DNA from: Chloroflexota bacterium
Lineage (GTDB): Bacteria > Chloroflexota > Anaerolineae > UBA4142
Length of the DNA stretch: 63,004 bases
Direction: 5' to 3'
NCBI GenBank assembly: GCA_016865935.1
Contig: VGOB01000002.1
Coordinates: 1-63,004, forward strand
Both the position numbers and the translations under genes were made by a program. Positions 47,513 through 56,976 of this stretch are shown here, in pieces (the first letter of the stretch is position 1; the number at the start of each line of letters is the position of its first letter). The notes beneath the pieces were generated by a model that was not told where the DNA came from, did not search any database, and saw only the letters and a list, made by a program, of their open reading frames with translations.

Positions 47513-48409
47513 ATGAGTATGACGAACCAAACTGTAACGATGCTGTCGTGCATCGGTTTCTTCTTCGTCTTGTTCGCGTTGGTGCTGTTTACGATGGCGA
47601 TCAAGATCGTGCGTGAGTACCAACGCCTGGTCGTGTTCCGACTGGGCAAGTGCGTGGGCGCGCGCGGACCCGGCTTGGTCTTCCTGATTCCTTTCGTCGA
47701 GACCGCCAACTGGGTAGACTTGCGCGAACTGTTCCTCGATGTGCCGGCGCAAACGACGATTACCAAAGACAACGCCAATATCTCGGTTGACTTTTTGATC
47801 TACTACAAGGTAGTGGATCCGGTCGCCAGCGTCGTCCAGGTTCACAATTTTGCCGGAGCGTCGCAAGGGATCGCGATGACGACGCTGCGCGCGGTCATCG
47901 GCGATATTCTGCTCGATGATGTGTTGGCGCAGCGCGAACGCATCAACACCTCGCTGCGCACCAAGCTGGACGACGTGACCGAGCGCTGGGGCATCAAAGT
48001 GACGGCGGTCGAAATTCGCGAAATCTTGCCGCCGCGCGAGATTCAAGAAGCGATGACGCGCCAGATGTCCGCCGAGCGCACGCGCCGCGCGGTCGTCACC
48101 GAAGCGGAAGGCAAGAAATCGGCGGCGATCACAGTCGCCGAAGGCGAAAAGCAATCGGCGATCTTGCGCGCCGAAGGCGAACGCCAAGCGCGCATCCTGC
48201 AAGCCGAAGGGTACGCGCAAGCGCTGGAGACAGTCTTCGCCGCGGCAAAGGGCATTGACGCCAAGACGATGTCGCTCCAGTACCTCGACACGCTCAAGGC
48301 GTTGGGTGCCAGCCCGGCGACTAAATTCGTCTTCCCCGCCGAGTTTACCAACTTGCTCAAGCCGTTCATCGGCTATGCGACGGAGACGGTGGGAGAGGGC
48401 AAGGGCTAA
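47513..48409 (+). CDS. SPFH/stomatin-like (QmcA) protein
   Basis: EYQRLVVFRLG, ITKDNA, TTLRAVIG, WGIKVTAVEI, QMSAERTRRA. Confidence 0.93.
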   Translation: MSMTNQTVTMLSCIGFFFVLFALVLFTMAIKIVREYQRLVVFRLGKCVGARGPGLVFLIPFVETANWVDLRELFLDVPAQTTITKDNANISVDFLIYYKVVDPVASVVQVHNFAGASQGIAMTTLRAVIGDILLDDVLAQRERINTSLRTKLDDVTERWGIKVTAVEIREILPPREIQEAMTRQMSAERTRRAVVTEAEGKKSAAITVAEGEKQSAILRAEGERQARILQAEGYAQALETVFAAAKGIDAKTMSLQYLDTLKALGASPATKFVFPAEFTNLLKPFIGYATETVGEGKG

Positions 48410-48472
48410 ACCCCGCCGAGCGCGCGTGCTGAGGATGAAATCGGCAAAGGTTAAAGAAATTTAACCAAAAAC

Positions 48473-48606
48473 TGTATTGGTCAACCAGATGTTGCACATG
48501 CTTTTGACATAAAAACGCCAGGAAAGCGTTCAATTTGCCCGTAGTGCCCAGCATGGCGCGGCTACCACCCTCGCGGGCACTGTGCAACACCCCGTTGACT
48601 AGTACA
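48473..48606. mobile_element. 134-bp MITE with 26-bp imperfect TIRs and 16-bp target site duplication
   Basis: TIR-L TGTATTGGTCAACCAGATGTTGCACA; TIR-R reverse complement TGTACTAGTCAACGGGGTGTTGCACA; AAATTTAACCAAAAAC at 48457-48472 and 48607-48622. Confidence 0.85.
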
Positions 48607-48625
48607 AAATTTAACCAAAAACCCA

Positions 48626-48654
48626 TTGACATCCACAAATCGTTATGTGATAAT
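48626..48654 (+). promoter_or_regulatory. Strong sigma70 promoter of the cold-shock gene
   Basis: TTGACA-17 nt-GATAAT with TG extension. Confidence 0.8.
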
Positions 48655-48794
48655 GCCAGCGTAGGAACGAGGTTCTGCGCGTCTGGTGTTGTGATGGATT
48701 TGCTCGCCAAGGCAAGAACGACCGATGCCTTGGCGAGTTTTGTTATCCGCCGGTCTCATCTTTTTCCAAATTTTCAAGGGGGTGTTGGGTTCGT

Positions 48795-49007
48795 ATGGAC
48801 AGTCGTTTGCAGGGCACGGTCAAGTGGTTCAACAATTCCAAGGGCTATGGCTTTATCGCGCGCGATAGCGGTAAAGACGTGTTCGTCCACTTTTCCGCGA
48901 TCCAAACGGAGGGCTTTAAATCCTTGAGCGAAGGGGACAAGGTGGAGTTCGTCATCGAAGAAAGTCCCAAAGGACCACAAGCCGCGAACGTTGTGAAAGT
49001 GGCCTAA
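48795..49007 (+). CDS. cspA: Cold-shock protein
   Basis: GTVKWFN..KGYGFI (RNP1), [10 protein letters not shown] (RNP2), KGPQAANV. Confidence 0.97.
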   Translation: MDSRLQGTVKWFNNSKGYGFIARDSGKDVFVHFSAIQTEGFKSLSEGDKVEFVIEESPKGPQAANVVKVA

Positions 49008-49037
49008 TCGGTTTTTGTCTGGGCAGTACTTCACGAG

Positions 49038-49082
49038 CAAACAGCCATTGGCGCGCTGACGCCGATGGCTGTTTGTGTTTTG
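49038..49082 (+). terminator. Intrinsic terminator after csp
   Basis: CAAACAGCCATTGGCG/CGCCGATGGCTGTTTG followed by TGTTTT. Confidence 0.75.
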
Positions 49083-49138
49083 CCGAGTTGCATTTTTCCA
49101 ACAATCGCGTTATGCTAGGCGCGGATCAGAGGTGACGG

Positions 49139-49363
49139 ATGGCGACGTACCACATCTATATGGACTGGCACGTACCCGGCTATCTAGCGCGCGTGCATCT
49201 TTCGACCTGCCCGTTTTGCAACGACGGCAGTGGAATTCATCCGCGCGCCACCAATCGGTACGGGCGATGGTACGGTCCGTACGCCTCGTTCCAAAAAGCG
49301 TACGATGCCGCGCAGCAACTTGGCAGGTACCGGCGCAAGTGCAAACACTGTAATCCAAAATGA
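49139..49363 (+). CDS. Small putative Zn-binding protein (H-x3-CxxC...CxxC)
   Basis: GAGG RBS; VHLSTCPFCNDG...WYGPY...CKHCNP. Confidence 0.65.
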   Translation: MATYHIYMDWHVPGYLARVHLSTCPFCNDGSGIHPRATNRYGRWYGPYASFQKAYDAAQQLGRYRRKCKHCNPK

Positions 49364-49454
49364 TTCCGACGCATCGAACGGCAGACGACCGGCACATCGC
49401 GGTGGTCTGTTCTCTTTTTTGGCGGATGTGTTGGATTCGGTTATAATGATCGCG

Positions 49455-49946
49455 ATGGATCAAAAACCGAATGACCTGCTCGAAGTTGTCGTCGGGAAAC
49501 TCCTGACCGAGCAGAAACACACTTTGGCGATTGCGGAATCGTGCACCGGCGGCTTGCTCACGCATCGCTTGACGAACGTCCCCGGCAGTTCGGCGTACAT
49601 CATCGCGTCCGTGATCGCGTACGCGTACGAAGCCAAAGTCGCCGCGCTCGGCGTGTCGTGGGACACGCTGAACACGTTCGGCGCGGTGAGCGCGGAGACG
49701 GTCACCGAAATGGCGCGCGGCGCGCGCGCGAAATTTTCCGCGACGCTTGGACTTGCGATCACCGGCATTGCCGGACCGGGCGGCGGGATGCCGGGCAAAC
49801 CGGTTGGGCTGGTTTACCTCGCGCTGGCAGACGCAGACGCAGTGATCGTCGAAAAACATATTTGGCGCGGGGATCGTTTGCAGAACAAGGAGCAAAGCGC
49901 GCAAGCCGCGCTGGAGTTGCTCCACTGTTACCTAACGCAGAGTTGA
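49455..49946 (+). CDS. pncC: CinA C-terminal domain / NMN deamidase
   Basis: AIAESCTGG, PGSSAY, GAVSAE..EMARG, ITGIAGPGGG..KPVGLVY. Confidence 0.9.
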   Translation: MDQKPNDLLEVVVGKLLTEQKHTLAIAESCTGGLLTHRLTNVPGSSAYIIASVIAYAYEAKVAALGVSWDTLNTFGAVSAETVTEMARGARAKFSATLGLAITGIAGPGGGMPGKPVGLVYLALADADAVIVEKHIWRGDRLQNKEQSAQAALELLHCYLTQS

Positions 49947-50007
49947 TACAAACTGTGCGACGGTCGGCGGTCTGCCGTCGGCGGTCGTTTGTCAAAGAGG
50001 TTGATCT

Positions 50008-51243
50008 GTGCAACTGATCGGCGCGTCAAGTTTACCTGAGGATTTGACGCCGACGCAAAAGAAAAATTTTCTGAACGTCCAGATTGACGGCATCGCGATT
50101 GGGCTGGCGAGCGCGGCAAGTCCATTCTTGCCGGTTTTCCTCGCGCGGCTCGGCGCGACGAATTTCCAGGTCGGCTTGTTAACCGCGATGCCGGGCGTGA
50201 CCGGCTTGATCTTGGCGATCATCGTCGGACGATTTTTGCAGACGCGGCGCCAGGTGGTGCCGTGGTACAGCGCGGGGCGCTTGATGGTCGTCTCGTGCTA
50301 CGCGTTGACCGGACTCGTGCCGTTCATCGTCCCGTATGAATTCCAAGTGATCGCGGTCTTGGTGATCTGGGCGTTCGCGACGTTGCCGCAAACGCTCGTC
50401 AATGTCTGTTTTGGCGTCGTGATGAACGCGGTTGCCGGTCCCAAACATCGGTACGATCTGATGAGTCGGCGGTGGTCAACCTTGGGCTTTGTGCAAGCCG
50501 TCACGGTGGCGATCGTCGGACAAGTTTTGGATCGGCTCGGTTTTCCGTTCAACTATCAGATCGTATTCATCGGGCTTTCATTGGGCGGCTTGATCAGTTT
50601 TTATTATTCGAGTCACATCGCGCTGCCGGATGCCGAACCGCCACCCAGGTCGGACGAATCGGCGCGTGTGCGCGCGCGGAATTTCGTCGCGTTGATTTGC
50701 AGTCAGCCGGAGTTCGTCTCGTTTATGTTCAAGCGGTTTGTCTACATTTCCGGGACGACGCTCGCGGTGCCGTTGTTTCCGCTGTACTATGTGCGGCAAG
50801 TGCAAGCGACCGACGCGTGGATCGGGATGATCAATATGGCGCACACCGCGATTATGTTGGTGGGCTATTTGTTCTGGTCGCATCAATCGAAACGGCGCGG
50901 CGGACGCTTTGTATTGTTGTGGACGACGCTGGTGATGTCGCTCTATCCGGTGCTCACCGCGCTGACGTTGCAAGTCGAAGTGATCGTGCTGTACGCCGTC
51001 ATCGCCGGAATCTTTCAAGCGGGGCTCGACCTGGTTTTCTTCGACGAGCTGATGAAGACGTTCCCCGCCCAGTACAGCGCGACATTCGTTTCGATTGCGC
51101 AAAGTCTGCAACACCTCGCGACGGTGGCGGCGCCGCTCGTGGGAACACTGCTCGCCGATCAGATCGGGATCGGCGGCGCGCTGATCGTGAGCGGCGCGTT
51201 GCGGTTGGTGGGGTTTGCGCTGTTCGCGGCAGGGAAAAGATGA
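50008..51243 (+). CDS. MFS transporter
   Basis: About 12 TM helices, FLPVFLARLGA..FQVGLL, APLVGTLLADQIG. Confidence 0.85.
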   Translation: MQLIGASSLPEDLTPTQKKNFLNVQIDGIAIGLASAASPFLPVFLARLGATNFQVGLLTAMPGVTGLILAIIVGRFLQTRRQVVPWYSAGRLMVVSCYALTGLVPFIVPYEFQVIAVLVIWAFATLPQTLVNVCFGVVMNAVAGPKHRYDLMSRRWSTLGFVQAVTVAIVGQVLDRLGFPFNYQIVFIGLSLGGLISFYYSSHIALPDAEPPPRSDESARVRARNFVALICSQPEFVSFMFKRFVYISGTTLAVPLFPLYYVRQVQATDAWIGMINMAHTAIMLVGYLFWSHQSKRRGGRFVLLWTTLVMSLYPVLTALTLQVEVIVLYAVIAGIFQAGLDLVFFDELMKTFPAQYSATFVSIAQSLQHLATVAAPLVGTLLADQIGIGGALIVSGALRLVGFALFAAGKR

Positions 51244-51327
51244 AAGATGAGAGATGAAAGATGAAAAATTTCATCTTCGTTCTTCCTTTTTTCATCCTTC
51301 ATCCTTCATCCCTCATCCTTCTGCCTT
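51238..51327. repeat. Inverted heptamer array (GATGAAA/GGATGAA vs TTCATCC)
   Basis: Same unit at 38478-38544, 53659-53737 and 61851-61920. Confidence 0.85.
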
Positions 51328-52455
51328 TGTTGCGCGCTGATAAACGCGATGATTCTTGTACGGCTTGGCGCCAACATTCCCAAGGTCTTGGCGCATTTGC
51401 GCGGCGGTTTCGGCGACCTGGGTCAGATCGCCGTGGTCGAAGTGAAAGCCGGGCGCGCGAAGCGTCTGCTCCATCTCCGAGTACATCAGCGCGTTGCCGC
51501 CGATGCCTTGAAACTCCGGCAGAATTCCCGCGCCGTTGAGCGTGATCCAATTCGTCCGCCGCATTTCGATTAGCAGATCGATCAAGCCGAACGGAAAAAG
51601 ATGCCCGCGCGCGCGCTGCAGCGCGGCGGAGACATCGGGGAACGCGAACACGAAACCGACGACCGCGTCGTCGTGCGCGATCACCTTGATCAAACGCGGA
51701 TCGGCGATCAGCAAAATATTGTCGAGAATGAATTTGATCTCGCGCGCGGTCAGCGGATAATATTCCCAGTTGTTGACGAACGCGTGATTGTACGCGCGTC
51801 CGATGCGCTCCGCCCACGCGATCAATTCGCGTTTGTGTTTGAACTTGATCACCCGCAGATTGCCGCGCTTGCCCGCGCGCGCGGCGATCCGGCGGACGCG
51901 TTCGGGCATCTTGAAATCGGCGCCCAGATAGCACGAGACGAAATCCACTTCTTTGGTGAAACCCAGGTTTTCGATCAGGCGCGCATAGTACGGATAGTTG
52001 TAATTCATCATCGTCATCACTTGACGATGCGCGAACCCTTCGACGAGGATGCCGTAGCCGTCGAGCGCGCCAAAGCCCTTGGGTCCGACGACGCGATTCA
52101 AACCGCGCGCGCGCGCCCACGCGAATACTTGCTCGAACAACGCGTGCGCGGCTTCTTGATCGTCCTCGCAATCGAACAGATAGAATTGCGCTTGGCGCGT
52201 TTTGTGGTACTCGTTGAACCGACGATTCTCGAGCGCGGCGACGCGTCCCACCTCGCGACCATCGCGCGTCGCGATAAAGAAATCCGCGTCCGAATGTTCG
52301 TAGAACGGATGCTTGGCGCGGTTCAACTGCAATTCCGCGTCGACGAATAATGGCGGCACCCACTGCTTGCACTTTGCGTACAATCGAAACGGAATTTGAA
52401 CATAGCGACGAACGTGCTTTTTGTTTGTCGGGTCAATTTTTTCGATCGTGAGCAT
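51313..52455 (-). CDS. YghO-like GNAT-fold protein
   Basis: WVPPL...HPFYEH, VGRVAA, GILVEGF, YNYPYY..LIE..GF.KEVD, PEFQGIG. Confidence 0.78.
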   Translation of the reverse strand: MLTIEKIDPTNKKHVRRYVQIPFRLYAKCKQWVPPLFVDAELQLNRAKHPFYEHSDADFFIATRDGREVGRVAALENRRFNEYHKTRQAQFYLFDCEDDQEAAHALFEQVFAWARARGLNRVVGPKGFGALDGYGILVEGFAHRQVMTMMNYNYPYYARLIENLGFTKEVDFVSCYLGADFKMPERVRRIAARAGKRGNLRVIKFKHKRELIAWAERIGRAYNHAFVNNWEYYPLTAREIKFILDNILLIADPRLIKVIAHDDAVVGFVFAFPDVSAALQRARGHLFPFGLIDLLIEMRRTNWITLNGAGILPEFQGIGGNALMYSEMEQTLRAPGFHFDHGDLTQVAETAAQMRQDLGNVGAKPYKNHRVYQRATKAEG

Positions 52456-52797
52456 AATGCCTCCTTGTGAACTCGACCGCCGACCGCGCTCTTCTGACCA
52501 ATTGACTAATTGACCAGTTGACTGTTTTGGAGAACAACGTTGTGCCGCCGCTCGTCAATTTCGGCAAGTCTTTTGGAAGGTGCGCCGCTGGAGTGCCGCA
52601 AAGCACGTCGGACCCGGCGCGCTGGCGGTTGGGTTTTTCGTGTGAGTGACTTTATTATACCGCATTTTTGCGCGTTTGTCGTGATGGTGATAAACTAAAC
52701 ACTGAAGCCATAATTGACCGTAGACCGACGACCAACGACCGACGAGTTTGAATGGCGGTCTGCGGTCGCCCGTCGGCGGTCGTCCAAGGAGATCACA

Positions 52798-53673
52798 ATG
52801 TCCAAAGTTGCGATTGTGACTGACAGCGCCGCGAGTATTCCGGAAGCGCTCATCGAACGCTTGAACATTCATTGGGTGCCGTACTACATTCATCGCGGAC
52901 AAGAGGTGTTGCGCGATTTGGTGACGCTTCAGCGCGATGCGTTTTACAAGTGGTTGCCCACCGCGCGCGAGTTACCCAAGACGGCTAGCCCCGGTCCCGG
53001 CGATTACGTGGAGCTCTACGAGCGACTCGCGCAAAATCAAGGCGCGCGCGAAATCGTCAGCATCCACATGACCTCGAAGGGGAGCGGCGCGTACCAAGCC
53101 GCGCGCATCGCCAAAGAAACGCTCGCCGAAAAAATTCCGCACGTGCGCGTCGAAGTGATTGACACGCTGAACGTTTCGATGTGTCAGGGTTGGATGGTGA
53201 TCGGAGCCGCGCGCGCTGCGCGCGCAGGCAAATCGTTCGACGACATCGTGAATCAAGTCAAAGCGATGATGCCGGTGACGCGGATGATTCAGACGGCGGA
53301 CACGCTCAAATATTTGTATATGGGCGGGCGCATCGGCAGAGCCAAACATCTGGTTGGATCGTTGTTGAACATCAAGCCGTTGATTGGAATGCAAGACGGC
53401 GTGATCATCCCGTTGGGTCAGGTGCGTAGCCGTCTCCAAGCGTATGAAGCAATGGCGCAAATGATCGAAACCGCCGTAGGCAAAATGGGCAAGATCAAAA
53501 TCGCGTACGTGCACGCGGCGGCGCAAGAGGAAGCGGAAAAGATCAAAAAGTTGGTCGAAGAGCGCTTGACGTGTGTGGAATCGCTGATTGCGGAATTGTC
53601 TCCCGCGCTCGGCGTGCATACCGGACCTGGGACGGCGGGAGTGTGCTACTATCCTGTAAAGGATGAAGGATGA
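52798..53673 (+). CDS. DegV family fatty-acid binding protein
   Basis: IVTDSAA, PKTASP, LKYLYMGGRIG, LLNIKP, GVHTGPG. Confidence 0.93.
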   Translation: MSKVAIVTDSAASIPEALIERLNIHWVPYYIHRGQEVLRDLVTLQRDAFYKWLPTARELPKTASPGPGDYVELYERLAQNQGAREIVSIHMTSKGSGAYQAARIAKETLAEKIPHVRVEVIDTLNVSMCQGWMVIGAARAARAGKSFDDIVNQVKAMMPVTRMIQTADTLKYLYMGGRIGRAKHLVGSLLNIKPLIGMQDGVIIPLGQVRSRLQAYEAMAQMIETAVGKMGKIKIAYVHAAAQEEAEKIKKLVEERLTCVESLIAELSPALGVHTGPGTAGVCYYPVKDEG

Positions 53674-53784
53674 AGGATGAAGGATGAAGGATGAAGGCGG
53701 AACGCGGAAGAATGAAGGCAGAAGGATGAAGGATGAAGAACGCATCGATCCGCGAATGACGCGAATCCCTGGTTTGGACTTTAG

Positions 53785-54714
53785 TCATTCGCGGATTATT
53801 GTTTTACCTTCAAGAGTCACCGCGCGGAACATTAGCCGGTCACCGGGGACACTTTGCGCGACGCGCGCAATGTCTTCGCTGACGACCATCGCAATGATCG
53901 GATAGCCGCCGGTTGTTTGATGATCTGCCATCAGGACGATGGGTTGTCCGTCCGGTGGAACCTGGATCGCGCCGAACGGAACGCCGCACGAGATCAATTC
54001 GACCTCACCCCTAACCCCTCTCCTGAGAGGAGAGGGGGCAATCAACCGATACCCCATCCGATCCGCCGTCTCCGCAACGATGAACTCTGCGCGCGTCAAC
54101 GCGGCGATTGCTTCCGGCGTAAACCAATCGGCGTGCGGACCCAGGATGACGCGAATGTTCGTAGTAGGCGATTCATCGCCATCAGTTGCGCTAAAGCGCA
54201 TACTACTAACGCCCACGCTGCGCCCCGCCGCCGCAACCAGATCGTCCAGCGTTGGCGCGCCGATGTGAATGTGATCGCCCGCTGCGAGCGCGCGTCCTTC
54301 CAACCCTCCGAACTTGCCGCGCAGAAATGTTGACTTGCTCCCCAGGACGCGCGGCACATCAATTCCTCCGTGAATCGCGAGATAAATCCATCCGCCTGCG
54401 CGCTTGGGCGCGATTTCAATCGTCGCGCCCGCGCGCGCGAAAACGCTCATTCCCATCGGCAGCGCGCGTCCGTTGATTTCGAACCGCGCGTCCGCGCCGG
54501 TCAGCGCGATGAGATGCGGCGCGTTCGTGCGCAGCGCGACCGGCGAATGAATTTCGAGCGCGGCTTCGTCCCGTGAATTGCGGACGAGTTGATTGGCAAC
54601 GCTTAGCGCGGGCAAATCCATCGCGCCGGAAACCGGCACGCCGTATGCTTGATAGCCCCAGCGTCCGGCGTCTTGGATCGTCGTGAAAAGTCCGGAATCG
54701 AGAATTCGTAACAT
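53785..54714 (-). CDS. pxpC: 5-oxoprolinase subunit C
   Basis: TTIQDAGR.G...GVPVSGAMD, LGSKST, DRMGYRL, GAIQVPPDGQPIVLMADHQTTGGYP. Confidence 0.9.
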   Translation of the reverse strand: MLRILDSGLFTTIQDAGRWGYQAYGVPVSGAMDLPALSVANQLVRNSRDEAALEIHSPVALRTNAPHLIALTGADARFEINGRALPMGMSVFARAGATIEIAPKRAGGWIYLAIHGGIDVPRVLGSKSTFLRGKFGGLEGRALAAGDHIHIGAPTLDDLVAAAGRSVGVSSMRFSATDGDESPTTNIRVILGPHADWFTPEAIAALTRAEFIVAETADRMGYRLIAPSPLRRGVRGEVELISCGVPFGAIQVPPDGQPIVLMADHQTTGGYPIIAMVVSEDIARVAQSVPGDRLMFRAVTLEGKTIIRE

Positions 54715-54781
54715 TGGGAATGACCGACGACCGATGACCGATGACGGTGGACCTTGTCGGTCGTCCGTCTTCGGTCATCCG

Positions 54782-55438
54782 TCACCGCGCCACGAATCGC
54801 ACGCGATCAGCCGAGCGCAGCAATGTCGGCGGATCCCAACTCGGGTCGAACAATGACAACTCGGTGCGCCCGATGATGCGCCAGCCGCCCGGCGACTCCA
54901 TCGGATAAACTCCGGTCTGACGACCGGCGATGCCGACCGATCCGGCGGGAACGCGCGTGCGCGGCGTTTCCATTCGCGGCGCGGCGATTTGTTCCGGCAC
55001 CGATCCCAGGTACGCAAACCCCGGCGTGAAACCGACAAAGTAGACGCGGTAGATGACGCTCGCGTGCAATCGAATCACATCGTCTTCCGCGATGTCGTTG
55101 TGCCGCGCGATGAACGCAAGATCGGGACCGCACTCGCCGCCATAGCGCGTGGGAATTTCGACAAGGCGCGGGGCGCGGGGCGAATTTGTCGCCGGTGCGC
55201 TGATCGTGTCTTGTATGATCGCGCGCATTGTGACGAAGGGCGCGCGTTGTGGATCATAGCAAACCAGGAGCGACGAGTACGCCGGAACAAGGTCGCGGAT
55301 TTCAGAACGATTCTGCGCGCGCAACGCGTGGGCGAGCGCGTGGACGTGATCGTTGATCGCGTCGTTGATCTCATCGGCGAATTCGATCAAGATCGCGGCA
55401 TCACCGGCGGGGAGAAGGCGGGGCTGGGGATGAATCAT
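54782..55438 (-). CDS. pxpB: 5-oxoprolinase subunit B
   Basis: [58 protein letters not shown]. Confidence 0.93.
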   Translation of the reverse strand: MIHPQPRLLPAGDAAILIEFADEINDAINDHVHALAHALRAQNRSEIRDLVPAYSSLLVCYDPQRAPFVTMRAIIQDTISAPATNSPRAPRLVEIPTRYGGECGPDLAFIARHNDIAEDDVIRLHASVIYRVYFVGFTPGFAYLGSVPEQIAAPRMETPRTRVPAGSVGIAGRQTGVYPMESPGGWRIIGRTELSLFDPSWDPPTLLRSADRVRFVAR

Positions 55439-55448
55439 TTCTGAGTGG

Positions 55449-55518
55449 AAAGACAAGGTGGCAAGGAGACAAGGAGACAAGGAGAAATTGTCACCTTGTC
55501 GCCCTGTCTCCTTGTCTC
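55449..55518. repeat. Inverted octamer array (GACAAGGA / TCCTTGTC)
   Basis: caaggagacaaggagacaaggag...ccttgtc...ctgtctccttgtctc. Confidence 0.8.
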
Positions 55519-56270
55519 AATGAGGAAATCACTATGCTGTTCTGTTCCAAAGCATCGCGCACCGCGCGCAAAATTTCCACCGCGCCAGGCGAATCGCCGT
55601 GAACACAGAGCGTATCCACCGGCATCGCGATCGTTTCACCATTGGGCGTCGTCACGGTTTGCGTGCGCGCCATTTGCAACGCCTGCGCCGCCGCGCGACG
55701 CGGATCGTCAATCAGCGCGCCCGGTTCGCGGCGCGAACGGAGCGTGCCATCGCGATTGTACGCGCGGTCGGCGAACCCTTCGCGCGCAAAGCGGATGCCT
55801 TGCTCGCGCGCCGCGTGTTCCATCGCCGCGCCGGGTTGCCCGACGAGAATCAAGTTCGCGTCGAAACGCGCGATGGCGCGCGCAATCGCGTTGGCAATCG
55901 GCGGGCGCGTTGCGGCGAGGTTGTAGAGCGCGCCGTGCGGCTTGATATGCGCGAGCGTCGCGCCTTCCGCGCGCGCGAACGCGGCAAGCGCGCCGATTTG
56001 GTACAGCACGTCGTTTTCGATCTCGTCCGGCGTCGCGTCGAGCGCGCGGCGACCAAAGCCGACGAGATCAGCAAAGCCGGGATGCGCGCCTAGCGCGACG
56101 CCGTGCTGAATCGCGAGGCGGACGGTGCGCGCGATCACCTGCGGATCGCCCGCGTGAAAACCGCACGCGATATTCGCGGAGGTGATGAGCGGCATAATTG
56201 CCGCGTCGCTGCCAAGCGTGTACGCGCCGAAACTTTCGCCAAGATCGCAGTTCAAGTCAATTCGCATCAT
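55491..56270 (-). CDS. pxpA: 5-oxoprolinase subunit A (LamB/YcsF)
   Basis: [49 protein letters not shown]. Confidence 0.95.
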   Translation of the reverse strand: MMRIDLNCDLGESFGAYTLGSDAAIMPLITSANIACGFHAGDPQVIARTVRLAIQHGVALGAHPGFADLVGFGRRALDATPDEIENDVLYQIGALAAFARAEGATLAHIKPHGALYNLAATRPPIANAIARAIARFDANLILVGQPGAAMEHAAREQGIRFAREGFADRAYNRDGTLRSRREPGALIDDPRRAAAQALQMARTQTVTTPNGETIAMPVDTLCVHGDSPGAVEILRAVRDALEQNSIVISSLRQGDRATR

Positions 56271-56303
56271 CGTAGATGCAGTATAATCGAGTTGGCGTGT
56301 ACG

Positions 56304-56507
56304 TCAAAACAGTCCGCGAACCAACAACAGAAATCCGAAGATCGCGAGCGGAATGCCGATGATCGCGCCGATGACCGTGAGACTGACGAGCACACCGACG
56401 ATCAGCAACACGAGCCCCAGGATGATCGCGATGAGCCGTCCGGTCAGTTCGAAGATCAGGGTGACCAATCGCCAGACGGCGCGGAATGGAAGTAGGAGAA
56501 TGGACAT
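56304..56507 (-). CDS. Small membrane protein
   Basis: GAGG RBS; hydrophobic LTVIGAIIGIPLAIFG hairpin. Confidence 0.6.
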   Translation of the reverse strand: MSILLLPFRAVWRLVTLIFELTGRLIAIILGLVLLIVGVLVSLTVIGAIIGIPLAIFGFLLLVRGLF

Positions 56508-56519
56508 TACATTCCTCAC

Positions 56520-56603
56520 GTGTCATTGCGAGGAGCGTTTTCCGCGACGAAGCAATCCCCAACCTGCAACGTGGAGATTGCTTCGCTCCGCTCGCAATGA
56601 CAC
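56520..56603. repeat. REP-like palindromic element, TGTCATTGCG family
   Basis: GTGTCATTGCGAG...GAAGCAATC...GATTGCTTCG...CTCGCAATGACAC. Confidence 0.85.
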
Positions 56604-56607
56604 CTGG

Positions 56608-56808
56608 TTACGGATTTTTCAACTCGTCTTTGTACGGCGCGATGAGCCACAGGACGAGATAGATGATCGCGCCCGCGCCGCCCCAAATTGTCAGCAAGAC
56701 GAAAACCAAACGCACGATGGTTGGGTCAATGTCGAGTAATTCACCCAAGCCCGCGCAAACACCGCCCAACATTTTTTCGGTTCTGCTTCGATACAATCGG
56801 CGTGCCAT
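56608..56808 (-). CDS. pspC: PspC domain protein
   Basis: RLYRSRTEKMLGGVCAGLG..LDIDPTIVRL...YLVLWLIAP. Confidence 0.92.
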   Translation of the reverse strand: MARRLYRSRTEKMLGGVCAGLGELLDIDPTIVRLVFVLLTIWGGAGAIIYLVLWLIAPYKDELKNP

Positions 56809-56976
56809 TTCAACCTCCATTGAAAAACGACGGACGACGGATGACCGCCGACCGCCGCGAGTCTTGAAGGCGACTAACATTCGCGTCTGTTGCCTTCTCT
56901 TGTATCTACGCCAAACGCGGCATTTGGTTACGCCGCTATTGGTTCATTGGCTCATTGGTCAATTGGCTCATTATTC

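Noticed and set aside
52456-52660. Possible ncRNA or riboswitch in the ~190-nt leader of the YghO-like gene
   Set aside because: Only generic GC hairpins and repeat units; no recognisable aptamer.
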